This document shows, one piece after another, positions 40,689 to 50,621 of a DNA stretch of 64,000 nt (position 1 is the first letter of the stretch; each line of letters starts with the position of its first letter). The position numbers were made by a program, and so were the translations under genes. The notes under the pieces are model-generated. The model saw nothing but the letters and a program-made list of their open reading frames with translations, was not told where the DNA came from and ran no database searches. The DNA lies in the NCBI GenBank assembly GCA_965112735.1, contig OZ218963.1, forward strand, positions 3,224,001 through 3,288,000. The letters run 5' to 3'. The stretch is from Phaeosaccion multiseriatum (Eukaryota; Protista; Ochrophyta, other classes).

Positions 40689-40890
40689 GCCGCGGGCAGC
40701 CAAAGGAAGGCTTGGGTGGTAACGTCTACTCATTTACTGGATCTTCCTGATCAGTGTTCGGAACAACGTACTGTTACCAAGCGATGGAGGAGAGGGGGCG
40801 CGCGTTGGAAAGGAGTGGGAGGGAAAAGATAACCACTTGATGGGAATCTGTGGTATGCCACCCTGGACAATTTGATGCTGGTCCTCCCTC

Positions 40891-42323
40891 TTAGCTGAAC
40901 CGAACCCCCTTTTTTTTTGTCCTGTATCTTAGTACTGTACGCCAAAAAAATGAAAAAATTAAATTTAACATGCCTTCCTTCTTTGGCTATCATCAACATC
41001 ACCTCTTCCTTCTCCCCCTCCCTTTGCTACTCGTGCTGCTGCTGCTGCTTGCTCCATCATTTTTCGCCGAAATAGAGACATACTTTAAGGCCTCAAGTGC
41101 TGTTTGCCCTCCTTGCCGCAGGAGGAAGAAGAAGAGCTCTGTGGTCTCCATGAACTCCGTTGCCTGTCCAGAGCTCAAGATCTGAGCCCAAACAGACAAG
41201 AGGAGGAAGAGGTGCATGCGGGCAACGTAAGTGCGGCGGCAAAGGGAGAAAATGCCCCCCCCCCAGAGAGGAAGGAAGGCAGCAGGAGTAGCAAGAAGCA
41301 GCAGCAGCACCCTCCTCTGTCCTGCGTATGGTTCTGCCCCCCCCCCCTGGAGAGAGTGGTAGGCCAACGTAGGCCAGCACTCGGCACAAACATCAGGGGG
41401 ATGGTTATGCGTCGAGACCGCACCAACACACGCCCATTGGCGAAAAGATTGAGCTCCAGTATCACTTGTTCCCACCTTTTTTGCTGTGGTGCTCTTGGCA
41501 ACTGCATCAGGGTGCGAAATGAACAGGAAGCTCTGCCCCTCCTGCAGCTTTGTCGAAGGCAGCAGCCACTTCCCCCCCGCACTCTCCACCACCATCTTCA
41601 TCTCAGCCTGCAAGCACGGCAGGCACAACCAAGGCAGCAGAGCATCATGTGCTTGTGGTGAAAGAGGCGGTTTGCTTTTGCTTGGCTCCCACAAAAGGGG
41701 AGCAGTTGCACTTCGTTTCAGAAGGAACAGGACCAACAAGACATTCCCACACGGCCAAACAAAGTGCACGGCGAGTGCAATATACGCACCTTCGGAGGAC
41801 ACCTCAGCTCGGACTTGCCCATAATACTTGGGTCCACAAGCACCCCCACGCCGGCAAGACACCCGGATTGACCGGAGGTCAACAGCTCATCCCGATGCGT
41901 CAGCGCCCCTGCCATATCAAAGCCCCATGCGGCTTCGGCCTTTCCGTCTCTCAGGATGAAATCGCCGCCTTCGAGCGCCTTGCCTGCCTTGGCGCTTTCG
42001 TGCAGCCAATTGACATCCACCACGTACTTGCACACGCTCATTCCTGCCAAGAGTTTGGGCGTTCGCTTAAGCTCTACTCCGTCGCCGCCCGCAATGAGGT
42101 GCGTTGCAGTGGTAACGTCGTCCACTTCAGTGGCCCCAATCCTTTTGAGCGCCGCGTGTTCACGCTTCTGAGGCTTCACTCCCGTAAAACAGACCTGCGA
42201 AGGAATGTCGGGGCCCAACATAGTGGAAGGGTCAAAGGGACGAGATAAAGACAAAAGAGTAGCAAGTAGACGGGAGGAGGAGGAGGACCAGGAGCAGGAG
42301 GAGGAGAAGGAGGAGGAGGAGGA

Positions 42324-42357
<34 letters not shown>

Positions 42358-44253
42358 GAGGAGGAGGAGGAGGAGGAGGGGGAGGAGGAGTCTTTTTCAT
42401 CGACGGCAACTCAGGACATGGAGAGGAAGCACCGAGACGAGAGATAAAACGTTTGCTCAAACTCACCTTTACGGTCTCGCCCCCTGCAGTGCCCGAGCTA
42501 CCTTGCTCGTGCTGCTGACTCTCGCCATTGCCGCGGCCTTGGCTCTGGGTCTGGCTGTGTCTGTGGTCGATTCTGCTGCTGTGTCTTCTCCGAAGAGAGG
42601 ATGTCGAGGACGGTGTCGCTGTTGCCTCCGCCGTCGCCTTGTTGTCTTCCTCATGTTGGTCGTGGTGGTCGTTGCCCGCGGAGGTTGGTGCAGGAGGAGA
42701 AGCACGGTCGCCCGAATGGGCGGGCCCTGCACCTCTTCTCCTCTTCGCGGCAGGGGTGGACCCAATAGACGCAGCAGGTGTGGCTACCTCTTCTGTTGCC
42801 GTTGTAGACGTCGTTGCTCCTGAACCATCTGCATCGGTACCACGCCTCGCTTTGCCCTTTCGCTGCTGTCTGCCTCCGTTCTTCCCCTTGGACGGGTCTT
42901 CAGCCTTTTGCGCCACCACTTTCGCCGCGCCACTGCCCCCGCCTCTCCGCTTACTGCTACTCTTCCTTTTCTCCTCACTCTGTCCTTCGTCTTTGCTCTT
43001 CTCTGGGCCCGGCTCTTCTCCGTCTTCATCCTTCTCACCATCGTGGTTTCTCTTTGCTGTACTCCCGCGGCCACATGCTACCGGTGCTGGCACAGGCAAA
43101 GCGTCCGCTGTGGCAGATGCGGTGCGCTTCGAATCCCGCCTTCCTCCTCGCTTCGCAGGCCCCTTTGTGGGCGCCTTCACGGGAGTGTCCTCCCTCCCGT
43201 TGTCCTCTCCCTCGTGCTCCTTTACGCCTGCCTCCACATCCATATCCTCGACTGCTTCTACCACTGCTGCTGCGGCCCCTGCTGATTCTGCGCCCACGAC
43301 CTTTGCGTCATCTTCCTGCCTATCAGCGTCGTCTTGGCTTTTGCTCCTTGGCCTCTTTTGTCCTCTACCTCTGGTCTTCCTTCCTCTCGGAGACTTGTCC
43401 CCCGCAGCAGGCGACGAAGGGGGCACCTCTGCGCCGTTGTCTTCTGTATTAGCGTGAGGTACCGCTTCTGCCTCTTCTGCCTCTCCTGGCGCAGTGACGT
43501 CTTCTCCATCTTCCTTGGCGAGGGTACTCTTCGATACATCCTCGCCCTCGGTAGACGCCCCCCCCTTCTCTTCGTCCTCCTGTGCCTTGGCCTCGTCCTC
43601 CGCTTCAGTATTCGTCTCTACCACTACTGCTTCTTCTTTTTCATCTGTCTCTTCCTTTTCGTTGCCCGTGGTCTTCTCCTCACTACCTTTTTCTTCGCCG
43701 CCTCCAATTCGTTCTTCTTCCACCTCCTTCTTCTCTTCTTCATCCGCGGTTTTGTCTTCACAATGCTCCTCCGTGCCTTTCGATGCTGCCATTTCCTGCA
43801 GCTCCTCGACACGAGCCTTTTCATCCTCCTTGCCCCCGCCACCTCCCTCTTCCGCAGCTTCATTCTTGTCTTCTTCAGCCCTGTTTGCATCTACAACTTC
43901 ACTGGCATCTCCTCCCGTGTCTTTCGGTGATGGTGCGATTTCCTGCCCCGCTCCTTCGTTTTCCTCGCATACAAGTGCCTCTTGCTGCTTTGCACCTTCC
44001 TCGTCCACATCTGTGGGGCACTCGCTACCATACTCAATACCCTGCGCTGCAGCAGAAGACCCAACACCATTTTCACCAACAGTGGTGACAGCAGCACCAG
44101 CAGCGGCGGCAGCAGCCGCAGTTGGTGATACCGGTGCACCTACAGAGACAGTACCATCTCCCGTAGGGTCCACCGCTCCCTCGTGTCCACTCTCGGGAGG
44201 AGCTGAGGATTGCGGCAAATCCATGAGGTCCATTGACATGACGCTAGACGCAC

Positions 44254-44286
<33 letters not shown>

Positions 44287-45940
44287 CATCATCATCATCC
44301 TCATCATCATCGCTGTCCTCGTCATTCTTGTCCTGAGGCTGCGTGGGAGGGGTCAAGGAAGGCGATCCGGACACGACCCTGGGAGCAACAGCCGCACCCC
44401 TTCCTAAGGTCGGGTTGGACGGGCTCCCCCCGGCCGCTGCCGTAGAACCAACTGCTGCTGTTTCACCTCCGCCCTTTCCCGCTGGGCTTCCCGCTGCTTC
44501 TCCGTCATTGGTTTCCTCTCCGCTGTCTACATCATCATCTTCCGCTCCGTCCTCAACCTCAGCCGCCTGAGTAGCACCGAAATCAATGTCAGCTGCATCT
44601 TCTCCGTCTCCGTCTGCCCCTCCTCCTCTTCCTCCTCCTCCTCCTCCTCTAGGCTTTCTCTCCTCTCTGCCGTCAGCGTTCTCATCTCCACCTCCCCCTT
44701 CATTTTTTGTCTCCTCTTTGTCTTCGGCGAGAGCGGTGGGATGTTCTCTCGGCGCAGCCTGCTCCCCAGCACCAAGGTTGGGTCCGGTTGTGCCAAAACT
44801 GTGGGAGGCTTGAGGCTTGGCGTCCTGATCCTCATCCTCATTCATGACCCCTTCATCGGAGTCCGGATCCTGCAAAGTCGCCGCGGTGTCCTCAAATCTG
44901 GCCTGGTCAACCTCTTGTTGAGCCAGCAAGTCCTCCCTCTCTCCCCCCTCATCTCCAGCCCGACGAGCGCTCTGGGCCGCGTGCTCTGTGTCCTCATGGA
45001 TCCCTCCTGCACCGCCCCCCCCAGCGAGCTCAGCCACCGACGCTGCTTCTCCTCCTCCCGCCTGAGCTGCTGCTCCCATCTGCTGAACTCCATCTTCTCC
45101 CTCTCCCTTCTCCTTCGGCACCTCCATCTCAGCAGCAGCACTGCCCGTCGCCTTCTCCTTGTCCCCGCCAGCCGCCTCTGTGTCGGCCGGAGCGACGCTT
45201 TCCTCATCCTTGGCTGTTTCTGTCGTTTCTTTTGTAACCACTTCTTCCACCGCCCCTTCTATTCCGGTGAGTTCGACTGGATCCACTGCCTGAGTGTCTT
45301 GGTCATAGTTAAAGTCACCGTCCGCGCCACCTTCCTCATCGTCAGGAGGAGGCGCTCCAATGCACACGGAAGCCCTCACGTTTCCGAACGCAAGAACGTC
45401 CTCGTCCGCCAGAGGAGTCGTCGTGGTTGGGCTGATGTGTTTGTTGTTTCTGCGCGACGTAGGAGAAGAGGTCGGTAGCGTTTCAGTCTCCCTTATAAAA
45501 AAAAGAAGTACTAAGTGATGGCCAAAGACAACCATTCCCTTCGTACCGAATAATTTTAGTTCCATTTGAGCTTGAAAGGTCTCGAACGGTAATTACGGTG
45601 ATACCTGCTCCCCCAGGAAGGCTGTAGGCATCGATCTGAGCATGGCTCCCGGAGACGCTCGGGTCGGAAATGTGGATCGTCGATTCCGGGTTTCTCCCGA
45701 TGGTTGTCAGGCCTGTGGCAAGGGAGATGGACAGAGTCAGAGTCTGACGATGCCACGCAAGTTCCTTTTTTTTCTCTTACCCTTCTTCAGAAGGTACTTG
45801 CTTTTCCTGCCTTCCTGTTCAATCATCAACACCCCAACCGGCGCTGCTTCTGCTGCGGCTGTAGATCCTGCTTCATCCTCAGACCCGTCCTCCTCCCAGT
45901 CATTCACTTCCAACGCCTGCGTAGCTGCAGAGAAGTCCAT
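40891..45940 (-). CDS. MDC1-like DNA-damage mediator: N-terminal FHA, long acidic disordered region, C-terminal tandem BRCT
   Basis: FHA: TTIGRNPESTIHISDPSVSGSHAQI...VRDLSSSNGT...DEDVLAFGNV. BRCT: VCFTG, ATHLIA, KRTPKLLAGMS...VVDVNWL, EMKMVVESAGGK. Several TQ/SQ motifs. Confidence 0.8.
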
Positions 45941-46075
45941 CGTGGGGGTTTTGGGTTTTTTTGAGTTGTTTTTTGGATTGCGTATCACCAACACGTCTCC
46001 GTGCACTTTCCCGTGCCCCTTTCCTGCGTTCCTGCTACGCATCCCATTGCTTTGAAGCAAGACCAAGTTCGTCCT

Positions 46076-47547
46076 ATGTCGGGAATCAGTCTGGCGAGCG
46101 AAAAGGTGGCCCTACTCGTCCTCCTGCTACTGAACCTCGCACAGCTCTGCTTGTCTTTCGTGTCGCACCGTGGGCGGCCATTCCCATTGATAAATGTAAG
46201 AGAGCAGCAGCGGAGAACGTGTTTGGAGAGAGGGAGGGCTTCAAGCAAAACATGGGCAAAGAGAAAGAAGCTGACGAAGGGGGGGTCACCGTCACCAGAC
46301 GACGACGAAGGCTACTTGAAGCTGGGCAAGTTGGCGGGCAAGGAGAGTCTCAAGGCGGCGAAAGTTCTGGTGGAGGGGCTGGTAGAACAAGTAAGTATGG
46401 ATGGATCACCACCTGCAGGAGGGGGAGGGGGAGGGGAAAGGCGGCGGGGAGGAGGTCTTGCTGGTAAGAGCACCGTCGCAACTGGGTCAGAGGCAGCGCG
46501 AAGGTTGACCGGTGCGGTTCGTCTATGCACATCACTGGAGTAGTATTACAGCTTCACCATCTCCTCACCACGGCGCACATGCTGTCCTGTCCGGTACCGG
46601 CTTTTAGGTCTCGCCCGACAGCAAGCGGGATATGGGAGCCATCTCAGAGAGCTTTGCGCAGTTGCGGAGGCTAGCGGATGATTTCCGCCCCGTCACATCA
46701 ACCTATCTGCAGGCCGACTGGAGGGTTGTGTTCGTAAACGAGGACGACGCATTGTCTGCGGTGGGAACAGGGCTCCACAAACTTCCCCTGATCAGGATGG
46801 AGGAAATGTTCATGACCTTTCGAACGTCCCCCACTGGAGGAAAGGATCAGGTGGAGACTACGGAAATCATGCGGGTACTTGGTGAGTCCTTTTTGGTGTG
46901 CCTGCTCAGTTTGCATACGGCATGCGAAAAGGGATACTTCCCCCCCATCCTGTTGGTGCCTTCCCCCGCCATCTCTCACGCCCTCTCGCCCCCCCCGCCA
47001 CCCTTTGCCACGTAAAGAAACACATTCATGGACTCAAGCCCTTACTGTTTCACACCCCTACCCCATCCTACCTCGCCCCTTCCCCTTTCCTCAATACCAG
47101 GTCCGTTCCCGAATCTGCGCAACAAGCTCAGCGGAGACTACTCGGTGTCGGCGCCTACCACGCTGAAGCTGACGTACGACTCCCTCATAGACGGTACGGG
47201 GAAGACAACGTCAGGGGCCAAGAGCACTCGACGCGTCAAGGTAGAGGTACTCTTTGCAGGTAAGGCAGCACGAGAGGAGAGCGGATGAGCCCGAAGCTTG
47301 GATGTATATGTAGCCCCAGGGAATAACTCCATTTAGTTGTCTTCATTATATTCCAATTGCCGTCCTGCTGGCATCGACATGCAAGACCTTAACTCCCCCT
47401 GCTCATCCCGTGTGTGTGACACGTGGCATGCCCCATCCAGGCAAGGATTACCTCGTGCTTTTAGCGGAAGAGGATAAGCAGCTCTTGCTCAAGAGAGAGA
47501 TCGATATGGAAGCAGTCATGCAGTCTCTCCGAGTGGCAGAAACTTAA
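46076..47547 (+). CDS. Plastid-targeted protein with a PAP/fibrillin-like (lipocalin-type) fold, 4 exons
   Basis: Signal peptide + SF; LQADWRVVFV, GPFPNLRNKLSGDY, VEVLFAGKDYLVL. The family assignment is by motif resemblance only. Confidence 0.6.
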
Positions 47548-47592
47548 TTCCAAGATCACACCTTCCCTCTCCCTCTCCTCCTCTTCCTCCTC

Positions 47593-47797
47593 TCGACCCT
47601 GGACAAGATTACGGTGTGCGCCGGCCATAATCAGTAATCAGGCCAGCTGGTGCCATAATCAGGGCGACTGGCGCCGGTCATATTCAGTAATCAGGCCGGC
47701 TGGTCACGGGCTGTAATCAGTAGTCAGGCCGGCTGGCGCCATAATCTGTATCAGGCCGGCTGCGCCGTCCCTCTCAGGTAATCTTGTCCAGGGTCGA
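47593..47797. mobile_element. Non-autonomous TIR element, copy A2
   Basis: Perfect 20-bp TIR TCGACCCTGGACAAGATTAC / GTAATCTTGTCCAGGGTCGA. TSD CTCCTC. About 5 units of the same TAATCAG-TAATCAG array. Confidence 0.9.
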
Positions 47798-48017
47798 CTC
47801 CTCTATTCCCTCCCCCCCCCTTCTCCTTCCTCCTTCACTCGAGGTACAACTTACGCTCAGTAAACGAATGTTGTTTTACCCATCCATGCCCAATCGCTCG
47901 GGGGAATGTAGAATCACCTTAAATTGAAAGTGTGTGTGGTGTGTGTGTGTGAGAGAGAGAGAGACAGACGACATGGATCAGGAGGGGGACTTCATAGGAT
48001 CATGGACGGGTGGATGT

Positions 48018-48367
48018 TCGGCTCCAGGCGAGGTTTCTCTGGCCCCCGATAAGCAGAAGCCAGAGGCGGCCTGCGGCCGAAAGCAAGAAGCCAGGGGCTG
48101 GGCCTGTGGCTTCAGAAGCCAGCAGGACAGTAGCGACCCCCCCTCCCCCTTTCCCAGACTGAGAAGCCAGAAGCCAGCGCTTGCCTGCGGCCAGAAGCCC
48201 GAAGCCAGGAGGGGGCACTATGAGGAGCCAGAGAAACCTGCTGGTGTGGTGCACCTGTCGGCCCCTGACAAAGTTGACCCCCAGGTTCCAGGTTCTGGCC
48301 GGCGCCAGGCCCAGGTTCTGGCCTGGGTCGCCTCAGAACCTTGTCAGGGGCCGATGCCTGGAGCCGA
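48018..48367. mobile_element. TIR element B (internal CAGAAGC repeats) whose right TIR is split by element C
   Basis: Left end TCGGCTCCAGGCGAGGTTTCTCTGGC (48018-48043). The complement lies in two pieces: GCCAGAGAAACCT (48227-48239) and GCCTGGAGCCGA (48356-48367). TSD GGATGT on both sides. Confidence 0.85.
48258..48354. mobile_element. 97-bp TIR element C (internal CAGGTTC repeats) nested in B
   Basis: TIR TCGGCCCCTGACAAAGTT / AACCTTGTCAGGGGCCGA (17/18 match). Flanks are CACCTG and TGCCTG. Confidence 0.8.
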
Positions 48368-48740
48368 GGATGTTTCATGATGAGGGTGTGTGCATGCAAT
48401 GCTATTACACCCTTAAGTGCCATCTATGGTTGTCTAAGAGAAATAACTTAGCCCTCGTGGTCGTATCCCTCCGACTCGTCAGTTCTCCCCATCTGCACAA
48501 AGTTGATGCCAGCCAGGATCCTGTGTCGGATCGATCGTTCGTGTCGGGCCCGCTGGAGCGCGACGGCCAATCGCCGCCGAAAACGCAAACAGTGGCAATG
48601 TGCAATGTGGAGCCCTGTGATTTTGGAGCACCAACGCGCCTCCTTGTTTTCCCTCGATTTCTCGGGCTCCTACGTGGCCATTGTTTTCTCTCCCCTTCCA
48701 CTCCTTTTCTGTTTGTAGCAGCAGGAAAGAGAGAGGCAAC

Positions 48741-50204
48741 ATGACTACTATAGTGAAAGACTCAATCGCGAGCAGGTTCGTTGTTTCTTCTTTTGTTTGG
48801 ATAAGATTGCAGGGTGCAATTCAAACCTGCTTGCTCATCTCCCTTTCCTTTTCTCCTGGCCTGTTCCTCTCCCACACAGCGTTGGCACAGCGATGTGCGT
48901 GTATACAGGACAGCCTCTCGATACTGTCAAGGTACGCACGTACCGCCACGCCGCGCTACCACTTGCCTCTCATCTTTGCCCCGAGAAATTTCCCGGCCCT
49001 TTCCAACCTCCCGCGATACCGCAAAACCTCCCCCATTTGCTGCTGCTCCTGCTACTCCTGTCTGACAGGTTCGGATGCAGGCGCGGCCAAACGACTTCGT
49101 CTCACCATGGCAGTGCCTCACCAAGACCGCGAGGGGGGAGGGCACAGCCGCCCTTTGGAAGGGCTCAACACCTGCGCTCTCGGGAGCCATCTTTGAGAAC
49201 ATCGGCGCCTTTTGTATCAATCGGGAGCTGAAGCGAAGGTATCCCACTATAAACCAACCAGGAGAATATCAGTCCCTCAGCCAGCCCTTCGCACTCGGGG
49301 TAAGTCCGTGTGTGTCTGCGCTCCGTGTCGGGCCGGTGGTTGACGATGCTGGCTCCTCTTCTCCATCTTTCGTTTGCTCCTTCTACACAGGCCATCACAG
49401 GACTGTGCTCGAGCTTTCTGGCCTGCCCGCCCGACGTTATCAAATGCCGCACTCAGGTACTGGATGCAGTGGAGACACACTACTGCTTTTGGCTTTCCCT
49501 TCACCCTTCTCCCTCTGCCTCCTCCTCCTCCTCCTCCTCCTCCTCCTCCTCCTCCTCCTCCTCCTCCTTCTCCTTCTCCTTCTCCTTCTCCTTCTCCTCC
49601 TCCTCGTCCTCCTCCTTCTCCTCCTCCACACCAAAAGATCACACACGGTAGCCGCTCGAGTGCGCTGCTCGTCTGTCGAGAGCTCCTAAAGAGCAAGGGG
49701 CCTGCTGGCTTGTTCACAGGAATAGGCGCCCAGGCGGTACGCGACACGATCTTTTACACCTTCTTCTTCGGCGTCTATGACATAGGCGTGGCGTATATGA
49801 AGAGAATCATACCGCCAGAGAAGCAAACGCGCACCACCGACTATTTAACGTACATCATGGCGGGCGGGACGGCAGGTGAGCAAATAAGAGTCACTCCCTT
49901 CTTGAAGTCTCGTTGTGAATGGAGCAAGTGACGAAACGTGTGGTGGCGTTGTGTACCTTCTGTCTGCTCATCCCCAGGCGTATTCGGATGGTCCACAAGT
50001 ATGCCCTTTGATGTGGCAAAGTCCATCATCCAGACGGCGGAAACCCCCAAATCGCTGGGGGCGACGCTCAAGCAAGTATATGGGGCCAAGGGATGGCGCG
50101 GACTCTACGTGGGGGTCGAGGCCGCTTGCTATAGAGCCTTCCCTTCCAATGCGGCCCTATTCCTCGGATACGAAATCTGCAGACAGCAGCTTGATTTTTT
50201 ATGA
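48741..50204 (+). CDS. Mitochondrial carrier (SLC25; amino-acid/carnitine-type subfamily likely), multi-exon
   Basis: Three Px[DE]xx[KR] signatures: QPLDTVKVRMQ, CPPDVIKCRTQ, MPFDVAKSIIQ; EGTAALWKG, GLFTG, RAFPSNAALF. Confidence 0.93.
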
Positions 50205-50621
50205 CCATGGCCTCACAGCGCAGCGGAGCAGCGGCTGACGCATGCGTAGGTGGACGGATGGAACAGTCGACTCTCTCTCTCGTAAGGTTGTTCTTGGACT
50301 GAAAAAGATGCCTCCCGACTTTCCCCCAAGCAAGAACAAACATAGGTTGTTCACGTTAACAGCTGGTCTTGCCTTTCTTTCTTTTAATGCTTCAGTTAGG
50401 AGAAAATCAAGTCAAGAGGGTGGGCGAGGTAGGCGGTGTCTCCTTGTCCCCTCAGGCATAACCACAGACGGTGTGTGGAAAAAATCAAGAGTCTCGAACA
50501 CACATTTAACCCATCTCTTAACAATCCTTGGAGTACTCCTACCATAACACGGAGCAAAGCTTGCTATTCGCGCCCTGTTTGTCTCCGCCATCGCGTCCTT
50601 TTGTTCGTCCACACCACGAGT

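Noticed and set aside
47593-47797. piggyBac-like reading of A2 (TCGA|CCC...GGG|TCGA)
   Set aside because: The other copies show that TCGG/CCGA belongs to the TIR; the duplication is the outer 6 bp.
47934-48380. 148-aa ORF with QKPEA repeats
   Set aside because: It is a read-through of elements B and C and their heptamer repeats.
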